DNA of 64,000 bases from Gekko japonicus. Its lineage: Eukaryota. The stretch's first letter is position 1. Each line of letters begins with the position of its first letter. The translations under genes and the position numbers were made by a program. Shown one piece after another: positions 25,351 through 37,666 of this stretch. The DNA is taken from the NCBI RefSeq assembly GCF_001447785.1, contig NW_015165238.1:343633-407632 (forward strand), read 5' to 3'. The notes under the pieces are model-generated. The model ran no database searches. It was not told the DNA's origin and saw only the letters and a program-made list of their open reading frames with translations.

Positions 25351-25708
25351 GAGAGTGATGCTTTGGAACTATTTTCTACCTGCCTGCCAGCATACCCCTA
25401 TGTGCTCAACAAATACACTACTAAAGCTAAAGTTCACTGCAAGAGGGATCATAAATCTCCAATATCCTCTGCTGTTTAATGAATCTATGTCTGAATCTTT
25501 CTAATGGATGGCAAGATGGCATTATTCATTTTTGTAATTTAATATAGCTTTTGTTCAACACATTTATTTAGACAGTTTCTGCATCAAATTATAGCTGTCT
25601 AGTGTATAAATTAGACCTTCCACATTATGTTGGCTTCTGAGAACTTGTGATCACCAAGGGCAAAAATCTTAATTCCATGTCCAGAGTTTTGATCACATCT
25701 CATTCTTA

Positions 25709-26241
25709 GGCTGAATTCAGACTTGCAGTTTGCAGTGCTATGGAGTCGCTGCAAAGAAGACCCAGAACAGAGCCGTAATGGCCTGGTCCCGGTATTTCTG
25801 TTCACATAGCAGCAAATCAAGCGGGAGGATACCGTGGAGGAAGCACAAGGGAGCGTTGGCACTGTAGGGCCACCCCTGGCGGCTCTTGCGGCTGTTTTGG
25901 CACTTGGCCGCATCTGCAAATAGGGCAGGATCGCAAAGCCACCACCAGCATTGGAACAGCCAGCATCTATTAGCAACGTCTCCTTTGTTCCTGCCTTACA
26001 GCACTTGCGTTCACACAGTCAGGAACCGTAATCAACACGCTATCCACATGCTCTCTGCCTGGTTTGCTACCACTTCCAGGTGGTACTTTTTATACTTGAG
26101 AGGGGAGTGCTACAAAATGGTATGAGTACGACTGGAGGACGACAGACAGATTTGCCTGTATGAACCCGCGCCTTTGCGCCGCTACTCAGTCGCTCCTGAA
26201 ACGTTTCCCTGTCGGTCCAAACTGCCAGTCTGAACTTGGCC
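25709..26241. mobile_element. Harbinger-like MITE
   Basis: TTA TSD; ~24-bp imperfect TIR ggctgaattcagacttgcagtttg; empty site at ~42781. Confidence 0.88.
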
Positions 26242-27204
26242 TTAATGTTTCCTTCTCTTCACCCCTCATTCTACAATCCAGTCTTGTACACCAGATATCA
26301 AACTGCTAATACATATATGCAAAAGCAACCTTGACGAATGTAAACAAAATCTGTGGTTTTTTGCAAAAATATTTATAGTAATATAAGATCACCTATCATG
26401 CAGAGTGAAAATAAAGTACAAAGTGTGCAATTACATTAAAAGACATAAAATTACAAGTGGGACATAAACCCTGCTGAAGTACAATCCTAAAGGGACTGAT
26501 TCTATGAACAATCTTCTTTGTGCTGTAAGAACAGAAGGAAGCCTCCTCCTTAACAGCCAAGGATAAGTCCCTCGGAGCATGCAGTTTTCTCCTTCTTTCC
26601 TCACGTTTTCAGAATCCTCAGTATTAGTGAGTTCTGAAAATCTGGGGGGGGGGGAGGAGAAAACTTTGGGTTTGCCCCTGGTGAACAAAAATCTACTGCA
26701 GAAAATTTCACATAACACGCAGATTTTAAAATGTCAATGTGGGGAATTTCACTGCTGTGGAAACAGTTCTTCTTTTGCATTCAGCATTCTTGTCCACCTT
26801 TGCCTTAGTTTATATAAGTTATTTATGTAGTATTTGATCAATGTGTTTGCATGCAGTTATCTTTACATTTTCCTTAATGAGAACCAGTCTGGTATAGTGG
26901 AGGACTGGGTGTGATTATACACTTTTCCACGTGAAGGCAGCTGGGTAAAATTGAGTCACTCACAGTTCTCTCAGAGCCCTCTCAGCCCTACCTACCTCAC
27001 AGGGTGTCTGTTGTAGGGAGAGGAAGGGAATGTGATTGTAAGCCACTTTGAGACTCCTTCAGGTAGTGAAAACTAAGGTATAAAACCCAACTCTTCTTCT
27101 AAAGGTCTTGATCTGAATAGCACTGGGTATGAAAGAAAGTGGGAAATGGAGGGAGTTAATTCCTAATCTTTTCCAGTACTCAGTATATGATCTCTTATTT
27201 ACAG

Positions 27205-28188
27205 ATGCAGCATGTGAAAAACTCAGAGTGGCAAAACAGAACTGCTGTCACCACCTTCATCCTCCTCGGGTTTGGCAATGTTGAGGATCTGAACATTCTC
27301 CTTTTCTCATTATTTCTAGCTATCTACGTTGTGATTCTGTCAGGAAATGTTCTGATTGTTGTCCTGGTAATGGTTGAACAGCACCTCCATACTCCCATGT
27401 ATTTCTTTCTGGCAAATCTGGCCTTTTTGGAGTCCTGCTACACTTCAACAATATTACCAAGAATGCTGGCCAGTTTTGTCACAAGGGACAAAACCATCTC
27501 GCTTTTGGGCTGCGTTCTCCAGATGCATTTCTCTTCTACTCTGGGGGCTACAGAATGTTACCTCTTGGCTGCTATGTCATATGATCGCTATCTGGCCATA
27601 TGTAAACCTTTGCATTATGCCACACTTATGAATGAGAGAATGTGTATCCTGCTTGTTTCAGTATCATGGACAAATGGGCTACTTCTTATAACCATCTTAA
27701 CATGTTTGGTTTCACAGCTTAACTTTTGCAACCAATATATAATTGACCATTTCTTTTGTGATTTCACCCCCATGGTTCGACTTTCCTGTAGTGACACCCA
27801 GGTTGCGGAAACGGCAGCTTTTATAACATCGTCTATAGGGATTCTACCTACATTTCTCATAACTGTGGCGTCCTATGTTTTTATTATCACAACAATCCTG
27901 AAAATCCCTTCCATCACTGGAAGACAGAAGGCGTTTTCCACCTGCTCCTCCCATCTCACTGTAGTTTCCATTTTTTATGGCTCCTTAATATTTGTCTATG
28001 TCTTGCCGACAACAGAGAAGTTCAAAGATCTCAATAAGGTCTTCTCTTTCTTGTATACAATCCTAACGCTAATGGCCAATCCTTTCATATACAGCCTAAG
28101 GAACAAAGAAGTAAGGAGCAGTCTTAGAAAACTGGTATACCAGTTCTGGTGGTTTTCTGTGATACAAAAAAAAATTATGCATCTGTGA
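27205..28188 (+). CDS. Olfactory receptor, tandem copy B
   Basis: OR motifs; acceptor tatttacag|ATG; C-terminal 1-nt frameshift (KKIMHL vs KKLCICD); TM7 PMANP changed to LMANP. Confidence 0.94.
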   Translation: MQHVKNSEWQNRTAVTTFILLGFGNVEDLNILLFSLFLAIYVVILSGNVLIVVLVMVEQHLHTPMYFFLANLAFLESCYTSTILPRMLASFVTRDKTISLLGCVLQMHFSSTLGATECYLLAAMSYDRYLAICKPLHYATLMNERMCILLVSVSWTNGLLLITILTCLVSQLNFCNQYIIDHFFCDFTPMVRLSCSDTQVAETAAFITSSIGILPTFLITVASYVFIITTILKIPSITGRQKAFSTCSSHLTVVSIFYGSLIFVYVLPTTEKFKDLNKVFSFLYTILTLMANPFIYSLRNKEVRSSLRKLVYQFWWFSVIQKKIMHL

Positions 28189-30439
28189 TTGAAACCATGA
28201 TTTATTTATTTTATGCTGTTAATCAAAGTCTATTAGTTCTAGTTTCATCAATTTTCTGAGTACTATTATTCTTTCACTCCTAACTATGCATGGGGGGGGC
28301 AGGATTCAGTAATGTACTTTGTATGCAGAAAGACCTGGATTCAATTATTGACTCCCCCCATTAAAAAAGATATCAGCAGGCTGCAGGTTTAAACACAATA
28401 GTCTAATGGGGGTTTTCCCCCCGAAAACAATGTAGTCAAATGAACAAGATTTTTTTTTTTTTAACTGAAACAGAGAAAAAATATTTTTTCTCCCTGTGGC
28501 TGGTTACACCAAGGTCCACAACACTCCTGTCTGTTCTCGTTTGTTCTAGGGAAGTAGTGCTGACTGCACCTAGAAAAGGTAGTCTAGTTGGGCTTGCTGC
28601 TCTTCACTTGAACCAATTTCCCATGAACCGGATCCACCAGCAGAAGATGACAGTTCTCACAGCCACCAACAAGAGTCTCAGGGATCATGTTTGCTTGAGA
28701 GCTCCAGGACACTCTTGGCTGATTAAGCTGTCTTGTGGGTTGAAAGATCAAAGATGTTCGGACTAGATAGACCAGTGATCTGTCTCTCTAGAAGCAGTTT
28801 TATACGGACTTATCGTTTCATTGGATTGTGGGCAAAACTTTCAAATATGATACTTGATTTAACAACTGACAGTGCAATTTTCTCGGGAGTATGACCTAGG
28901 AGTAGAAGAAAGTGGGATTCTGAGTAGACCTACTTAGGATTGCACTGTAAATCTGGTAGATATTTTACGCTGGTATATTGTGGTTGTGTGCCTCTTCAAA
29001 GGCCAGCTATGGTAAGGAATTCAAGTTTGAAACACTTGGAAAAATTGATAACATTGAGGCTGTAATTTGATGGTCATTTAGAGGGTATTGAGATGGGAAC
29101 GGGCCTAAATTCTGAGTATAGGAGACTTGCATAGGGTTGTGCTGTAAATTTCAATTAATGCTGCATTTTTCAAAATGTAGAACTAGCTTTTCTTGTTTTA
29201 AGGTATTTTTACATTTGTGTCTGTGTGCGTGCATGTGTGTGCCCATGCCTGTAAGTCATGGTGACCCCTACTGGAACACAGAGATGGCTTGATAGCCTGT
29301 CTCTGGCCTCTTGGCCCTGGTATTCTTTTGAGATCTCCCATCCACGTACTTGCCAGGGTCGCCCCTGCTTAGCTTCTGAGATCTGACATGATAGGGCTTG
29401 CTTGAGCTATCCAGGCCAGGGATAGAACTAGATTTTCCACTAATGAAAAAGAGAGAAGAGACTTGCAAATGGCTGAGTATAGCAGAGTCTGGCTTTCACA
29501 GTTCATTGAAAAATAGGCAAGGTAATATTTCTAGGTATTTCAATGTGTACAACTGCTTTAGTGTTTTAAAAGTAATGTGATTAAACTGTAACAATGTAGT
29601 ACTCAATATTGGAATCAGAATTTCAGTTTTACTTCAGAGACCTCAAAGCCTGCACTTTCAGGATGCATTACTTAAAATCTAAAAAGTCTAAGGACTGCTT
29701 TGGAAGTCATGCAATGTACAATCCAATCCTATGCATATTTTCTCAAAAATATGTTAATGACTGTGATGGAACTTAAAGGAGACAGTAGCCTTGGATGTTC
29801 TATCAACTAATATCTGCTGAAAGTTCAAAATACAATACTTCTGTTTGACACATTCTGTTACACTCCATGTGGCTGAGAGATACTAGGAGGAAGCTTGGTC
29901 TGGTGACAGGGAGAAGGAACACTTTGGGATGTGGAGGTGATGAAGTTAGTGGCCCAGTGGCAAGAACTGTCTTGGAGGCCCAGATGGGACAAGGTCCCCT
30001 TAATAAGGAGAGTCTAACCCTATAGATCTTCTGTGGGGAATAGGTAGCTTGCAGCATCTGCAGCTGAGGGAGGGCAGGGAGAACCCTTTCGAGTACAAGG
30101 GATAAGAAGATTGGGAGAGGGCCTTGAGGGCAGGGCCAGATGTTAGGGTGATCATTAAAGGAGGTAGTCAAGCATAGCCTGGGGTAGATGGGGGAGGAGG
30201 AGTCAGGGGTTAAGATTTCCATTTGAGGGGAAGATGGTGCACAGCATGAACCACTGTGTAAACTCATGAATATACTGCAGATTGGACAGAACCTTCATGT
30301 CTTGGAGTTCTTTTGGCAATGGGGAGGAGGTTATGAAAACGTAGACAACTTGTTATGGGGCCCAATAGTGCAAGCATCCCATGAGGCCACAATGGCCACA
30401 TTAGCAACTACACTCCCTTTCAAATGCATAGTTCATATA

Positions 30440-32450
30440 GGGTGCGTTCAGACGCGGCCTTTCTGCCGGCATAAACTGCACCGGTTCCAACCGGTGCAGT
30501 TTATGCCAGCTGAAACGCGATCACACTCACCTCCATTCTCATTCACCAAAATACAGAAAGTGCAGATAATCAAACGCCAGGCTAAAACAGCGTGGGGGAG
30601 CTGATCCCTAGGCGGCTAAGCAAGGATCTCGACATGGGCGAAGGAAGGGGAAAATCAACAGGAGAGTAAAGAAAGACTCATCCAAGACGGAGTTTAAAAA
30701 CGTGGCCACAGAAATGGAGAGTTAAGGAAGCCTTACCTGTAATGTATTGGTAATGTATCTGTCCAGACCAGAGCAAGTAATTAAAGAGGACGTTTCCGAA
30801 CTGAGGAATGAGCTACAGAGGAAAGAAGCACTGATTCAGAAGCACTTGGGGAAGCTGCGACACTGGCACCAAGTTCTTGAAGACCTCAATGTGCAGCATA
30901 AAAAGCCGGCTGAAATGCCTCAAGGAGCTTTGGCTTACCTAGAGCAAGCTTCGGCAAATATCCCAGCACCTCTTAAGCAGACATGAACAAGCAAGCTCAT
31001 TCTACTTTTAGAACACCATCTCTACTTTTGAGACCAAGTGATGTGGGAACTTTTAAAAACCTTGTTGAAGTTGAAAAAGAAAGTAAATGAGAACACCCAC
31101 ACCCTCCCCTCCCCCCCTAGTAACAAGATGTTTAAACAAGCTGTAAACGTCAACATTGATGAATGCATGCAATAAAACTAGAATAACAAACTGTTAGCAA
31201 GAACCAAGTGCAGGATCCTTATGGAAGCTAGAAGTCACGTCTGGAGCTTTAAGCAAGTTTCCTTGTCAATGCAGTTCTGGCGATCTCTTGCTTAAGTGGG
31301 AAGACAGAAAACACCGAGGAAGTTAAAACAAACAACAAGCTAGTGAGAAGATGATTAACTGAAATGAGGAATGTTTTATAGATGGTTCCTTATCCTTCCA
31401 CTGAGGTGAGACCTAGTTTTTAAACTTTCAGCAATATTGCTAAGGTTGAAAATGCAATTTGTCATCTAGGGAGGGGGCTTCTTTTTGTGTGTATTCTATC
31501 TGGGAGGGGGGGAAATGAAACTGCAACTTGGGAGTGTAGACTGAAGACACTGCTGTTGGGGGTATTCAAAATAGTAATTGGAAGAACAGCAGCAAGCTTC
31601 CTTCTTAAATATTGCATGGGTGCCCTGGGAAACAGTAGTAAAAAGAAAGACTCAGCCACTGAAGGGATTGCTTCGTGCCTTGCTTTTCTGGCTGAAGTCA
31701 TGTCCTTTGGTTCCTGACAGCGCCGTGTCCTGAAGGGTCTCTTCAAGATAACCTCAGCTTCGTTGTTCAAAGTCACACAATGGAGAACCCAATAGGTAGC
31801 TAACCTGAACGGCACNNNNNNNNNNNNNNNNNNNNNNNNNNNNNNNNNNNNNNNNNNNNNNNNNNNNNNNNNNNNNNNNNNNNNNNNNNNNNNNNNNNNN
31901 NNNNNNNNNNNNNNNNNNNNNNNNNNNNNNNNNNNNNNNNNNNNNNNNNNNNNNNNNNNNNNNNNNNNNNNNNNNNNNNNNNNNNNNNNNNNNNNNNNNN
32001 NNNNNNNNNNNNNNNNNNNNNNNNNNNNNNNNNNNNNNNNNNNNNNNNNNNNNNNNNNNNNNNNNNNNNNNNNNNNNNNNNNNNNNNNNNNNNNNNNNNN
32101 NNNNNNNNNNNNNNNNNNNNNNNNNNNNNNNNNNNNNNNNNNNNNNNNNNNNNNNNNNNNNNNNNNNNNNNNNNNNNNNNNAAATAAAATGGCGGGGGAA
32201 AACCGGAAGCCTCAGGCTTCCCACGGAAATGCCTAGGCACCGGTGGAGAGCGATCAGACGCCGGTTTGCATCGGAAGCCACCGTTGCACCCTGTTTACCA
32301 CCACTTCCGACCTAGTGGCAGAGTGCAATGGTGTACAGCTCTTTACAACGGATAGAGAGGGAAGACAGATGTTCCCCGTCTGAACGCCGGTATGTACATC
32401 GATTGCAACTGGCACAGAATCCGTTGTAAAGGCTGCGTCTGAACGCACCC
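30440..32450. mobile_element. Non-autonomous PIF/Harbinger-like element carrying the MED28 fragment
   Basis: 23-bp TIR gggtgcgttcagacgc(g/a)gccttt; ATA TSD at 30437-39 and 32451-53; empty site gttcatataaacatac in copy A (~21187). Confidence 0.88.
30756..30986 (+). pseudogene. MED28: 5'-truncated MED28 (Mediator subunit 28) fragment, apparently processed; probable 3'UTR continues toward the gap at 31816
   Basis: [72 protein letters not shown] matches the vertebrate MED28 C-terminus; upstream tct gtc cag (SVQ) is out of frame by a 2-nt deletion. Confidence 0.93.
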
Positions 32451-32479
32451 ATAAACATACACACAGGATGCCTATCTGT

Positions 32480-32689
32480 TAGGGTTGTCAACTTCCAGCT
32501 GACAGTTGGAAATCTCCCACGATTGACCTCCAAGAAATAGGGATCAGATCACCTGAATAAAATGGCAACTTTGGAAGGTGGACTATATGGAATTATATCC
32601 CAGAAAAGTCCCCCCCCCGAAACCCCACCCTCCTCAGACTCCACCGCCCAAATATCCAGGTATTTCCCAACCTGGAACTGGCAACCCTA
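32480..32689. mobile_element. hAT MITE with TAGGGTTGCCA-type termini; related pieces at 35915-36430, 40400-40605, 43570-44070, 44935-45044, 52604-52795
   Basis: tagggttgtca...tggcaacccta; degenerate TSD ctatctgt/ctatccct; absent in unit A (~21220). Confidence 0.82.
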
Positions 32690-35600
32690 CTATCCCTCAA
32701 CCACAGTCACCCTCCATACAAAACAAGCATACCAATAATGCCTCCCCAGGTTTACCTGCAGATGTGCAATTGAAGGATGACAGAGCTTACTGTGACATTC
32801 TTCACCACAGCCCAGCCCAAGAGACACATGATGATGCCAAACCTTCCTAGGTATATAGTACAACAGCTTATACTTGGGCATGGGGGGGGCACTCATGGGG
32901 CTCTTGTTGAGGTCGCCAAAGGAAATGTTGGGTGGTTCCCTCATGGGCCACACCTGGCTACTAGCCTGGCCAAAGGGCAAAAAGGCAAAAGAAGGGAAGA
33001 ATAATTTTCTAAGCTCTGTGCCAATGGCTAGCCATGCATGCAAATACATCTCTGTTTTCAAGAGAAGTGTGAGGCTGCTCCCACTCTGACAGCACATTTT
33101 GGGACTCTGCTGTTCTATCCCTGCACTGAAGGAGCCTTCACAGGCCTCAGAATGGAAGGAGAGGGGATAGTATTTCCTGGTTCCTCCTCATCCGTGTTGT
33201 GCTCAGCCCTTGGTGCGCCACATGGGAGGCCAACACTTTCTTCTCTGGTCTCTTCCTAGAGCTACCATTCAAAGACAGCTAGGCCACCTTGCCCCATGCA
33301 GCCCACCTGTCTGACCCTGGCTCTTCCCTCCCCATGGGTGGAGATTGGGCCTCTTGGGCAGACCACACCCAGCTGCTCATCATCTTTTGCCCCCTGTTGG
33401 CTATCTTCACCTGGCTTTGGTGGGATGCCTTCTCAGCCACCTTGACCCTGACCCATCTAAGCCCTGCCCTCACCTGAGTCAGCCATTCTGCCAGTCCAGG
33501 CTTGATGATAAGGAGTTGCCACTGGCCTCTGGTCCTAAGTCGAGCAGCGCAGGGCTGGCCGGCCAGTTTGGGGCTTATTTGGGGGCAGCACGGCTCCAGA
33601 TCACCCAGAAGATCTGCTTGTTGAAGGATAGGTGGAAAAAATTATCTCTCTGTAACACCATTTATTTTATTTTATTGGAATCCATAGTTTAGCACATGCA
33701 CAACTGCATCCTCTAAATGACCTCTGCGTGTGATATCATTCAACACCATAACTTCTTATTAGTTTAGCACATGCACAACTGCATCCTCTAAATGACCTCT
33801 GCATGGGATATCAGTCAACACCATAACTTCTTATTTTTCTTATACTGTCACAAAGAATATATTTCCCTTTAGAAAATAATTGCATCTCTACTACATAATC
33901 TGCTCCTGGGAGAGTATAGGTATTTTAATTGCCCCATTGGCATAGGTCCCTAGGGAATCCCTTATATATATATATGAATGTGGGGAAATGAGAGCTAGTA
34001 CATACTGGTTCACTTATGGGACAACAGTACAGATACAAAGAAGGTATTGCTACATCTACCACATTGTATTTTATTATACAAAGAAAGGGTGACAGATGAT
34101 GGAACCACACAAGCCAAGCAGACTTCAATAACATTCACTGAATGTGAAGACAACCTATTGTGGGCCTTGTCCCAGTCATACCAATGATGCAGGTAATGCA
34201 GCTTACTTCTCTATTGGAAAGGAAAACAGTGGATCGGATCCTATTAGTTTTTTTCTGCTCAGTCTTACTACTATTCTGTACCTCCCATTCCATGGTGTAT
34301 GTGTGTGTCTTAGGACACTGATCATACTAGGTTTTTGTAGAATCGTCAAAGTACAATGACATAAATGTTCATAGTGGATGAGTTACCTGAAAGAAATGTA
34401 TGTATCTTTCTACATAATGAAGAACCTTGAGGGAATCATGGAAAATGTCAATGTTATCAACACTACTGCTTTCATCACTACACCCAGTTTCCTGTCTTGG
34501 CTTAGTTATCCGCTTCTGCAAACTCGGCAGGAGAGAGAGAGGAAAAACCTGTGGAAAATGAAGGTGGTATGAAACAATATGTATATATTTCTGGCTTGTA
34601 AAAGAGGGTTCTTTGAAACTAGGAGAATCTTTTGCAACATCCTAAACAGAATTAAACCTTTCCAAACCCATTAAAGTCATATGGACTTAGCAGGGTATAA
34701 CTCTGTTTAGGATTGCACTGTTAGAGAGTGATGCTTTGAAACTATTTCCTATCTGCCTGCCAGCATACCTCTATGTGCTCAACAAATACTCTACTAATAC
34801 TAAAGTTCATTGCAAGAGGGATCACAAATCTCCAAGATTTTATGCTGTTCAATGAATCTATGTCTGAATCTTTCTAGGGGATGGCAAGATGGCATTATTC
34901 ATTTTTGTAATTTAATATAGCTTTTGTTCAACACATTTATTTAGACAGTTTCTGCATCATATTATGTCTAGTGTATATATTTGACTTCCACATTATGTTG
35001 GCTTCTGAGAACTTGTGATCACCAAGGGCAAAAATCTTAATTCCATGTCCAGAGTTTTGATCACATCTCATTCTTAGGCCGAATTCAGACTGGCAGTTTG
35101 CAGTGCTATGGAGTCTGATCATATCTCATTCTTAATGTTTCCTGCTCTTCCCCCCTCATTCTACAATACAGTCTTGTACACCAAATATCAAACTGCTGAA
35201 ACATTTATGTAAAAGTAACCTTGAAGAATGTAAACAAAATCTGTTTTTTGCAAAAGTATTTATAGTAATATAAGATAAGCTATCATGCAGATTGCAAATA
35301 AAGCACACAATTACATTAAAAGACATAAAATTGCAAGTGGGACATAAACCCTGCTGAAGTACAATCCAGAGGGACTGATTCTATGAACAATCTTCTTTAT
35401 GCTGTAAGAACAGAAGAAAGCCTTCTCTTTAACAGCTAAGTTCTTTGGAGCATGAAGTTTTCTTCTTCTTTCCTCATGTTTTTAGAATTCCCAGTTTTAG
35501 TGAGTTCGGTAAATGTGCGGAAAGGAGAAAACTTTGGGTTTGTGCCTGGTGAACAAAAATCGACTGCAGAAAATCTCCCTATATAATAATTCTCTGTTGG

Positions 35601-36679
35601 TGGTGGCACATTGCTGAACATTTCACATGGCTCCCACAGCCTTTGGCTCCATGATCTGTCAGTCAGAAGCTCTCCCTATCCATGGGCTGCGTTGCCTGAG
35701 TCTCACCTCCAACATTCTAAACAGTTCGCTGTTCCTTTCCCCCCCCATAGCCAGTCAGAAAACAGAGGTTATTTGCATATGTGGCTTGATTGGCCTTTGC
35801 CTCAGAGCACAGAGGTCGTTAGAGGCCTTTGCCTCTAACACTCTAAACAGTTTTCTGTGGCTGTTCTGAGGTAAAATGTGTTCTGAGGTACCCTTAGTGC
35901 CTGTTGCGAGAAACCATTCTTGCCAATCTCCAGTTTAGGGCTGAAGATCACTCAGAATTACAACTGCTTTCCATATGGCAGAGATCAGTTCCCCTGGAGA
36001 AAATGGTGGACTCTGTCTCCTTATATCCTGCTCAGATGCCCCCTGTATGAAAGCCAATGTGACATAGCAGTCAGGGCTTCAGAGCACGGTAGAGGCTGCA
36101 GGTGAGGGGAGGTGGAAAGCTGTCAAGTGAGTGGGAAATAAAGGTAGGTTGATGATTGGCTGGGAAGGAGATTGGGTTGCCAACTCCAGGTGGGAAATTC
36201 CTGGAGATTTGAGGGATGGAGCCTGGAGAGGGTGAGGTTTCAGGAGGGGTGGGACCTCATTCTGGTATAATGCCATAGACTCCACCTTCCAAACCAGCAA
36301 TTCCGTCATGGGGAACCATTGTTGCCAACCTCCAGGTGAGGGCTGGAGATCATTCAAAATTACAACTGTTCTTCAGGTAGCAGAGATCAGTTCCCCCGGA
36401 GAAAATGGTGAACTTGGTGTCATATCCTGCNNNNNNNNNNNNNNNNNNNNNNNNNNNNNNNNNNNNNNNNNNNNNNNNNNNNNNNNNNNNNNNNNAGGAA
36501 GGGAATGTGATTGTAAGCCACTTTGAGACTCCTTCAGGTAGTGAAAACTAAGGTATAAAACCCAACTCTTCTTCTAAAGGTCTTGATCTGAATAGCAGTG
36601 GGTATGAAAGAAAGTGGGAAATGGAGGGAGTTAATTCCTAATCTTTTCCAGTACTCAGTATATGATCTCTTATTTACAG

Positions 36680-37666
36680 ATGCAGCATGTGAAAAACTCA
36701 GAGTGGCAAAACAGAACTGCTGTCACCACCTTCATCCTCCTCGGGTTTGGCAATGTTGAGGATCTGAACATTCTCCTTTTCTTATTATTTCTAGCTATCT
36801 ACATTGTGATTCTGTCAGGAAATCTTCTCATTTTTGTCCTGGTGATGGTTGAACAGCACCTCCATACTCCCATGTATTTCTTTCTGGCAAATCTGGCCTT
36901 TTTGGAGTTCTGCTACACTTCAACAATATTACCAAGAATGCTGGCCAGTTTTGTCACAAGGGACAAAACCATCTCGCTTTTGGGTTGCATTCTTCAGATG
37001 CATTTCTTTACTACTCTGGCAGCCACAGAATGTTACCTCTTGGCTGCTATGTCATATGATCGCTACCTGGCCATATGTAAACCTTTGCATTATGCCACAC
37101 TTATGAATGAGAGGATGTGTATCCTGCTTGTTTCAGTATCATGCATAATTGGGCTACTTCTTATAACCATCTTAACATGTTTGGTTTCACAGCTTAACTT
37201 TTGCAATGGATATATAATTGACCATTTCTTCTGTGATTTCACCCCTATAGTTCGACTTTCCTGCAGTGACACCCAGGTTGTGGAAACGGCAGCTTTTATA
37301 ACATCGTCTATAGGGATTCTACCTACATTTCTCATAACTGTGGCGTCCTATGTTTTTATTATCACAACAATCCTGAAAATCCCTTCCATCACTGGAAGAC
37401 AGAAGGCGTTTTCCACCTGCTCCTCCCATCTCACTGTAGTTTCCATTTTTTATGGATCCTTAATATTTGTCTATGTCTTGCCAACAACGGAGACGTTCAA
37501 AGATCTCAATAAGGTCTTCTCTTTCTTGTATACAATCCTAACGCCAATGGCCAATCCTTTCATATACAGCCTAAGGAACAAAGAAGTAAGGAGCAGTCTT
37601 AGAAAAATAGTATGTCAGTTCTGGAGGTTTTCTGTGACACAAAAGAAATTATGCATCTGTGACTGA
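36680..37666 (+). CDS. Olfactory receptor, tandem copy C
   Basis: OR motifs; acceptor tatttacag|ATG. Confidence 0.96.
   Translation: MQHVKNSEWQNRTAVTTFILLGFGNVEDLNILLFLLFLAIYIVILSGNLLIFVLVMVEQHLHTPMYFFLANLAFLEFCYTSTILPRMLASFVTRDKTISLLGCILQMHFFTTLAATECYLLAAMSYDRYLAICKPLHYATLMNERMCILLVSVSCIIGLLLITILTCLVSQLNFCNGYIIDHFFCDFTPIVRLSCSDTQVVETAAFITSSIGILPTFLITVASYVFIITTILKIPSITGRQKAFSTCSSHLTVVSIFYGSLIFVYVLPTTETFKDLNKVFSFLYTILTPMANPFIYSLRNKEVRSSLRKIVCQFWRFSVTQKKLCICD

Noticed and set aside
30747-30986. Functional MED28 gene
   Set aside because: N-terminal ~100 aa absent, frameshift at the 5' edge, embedded in a TE insertion absent from paralogous units
33685-33835. 75-bp tandem duplication in unit B
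   Set aside because: Real but an ordinary local slippage event with no sign of function
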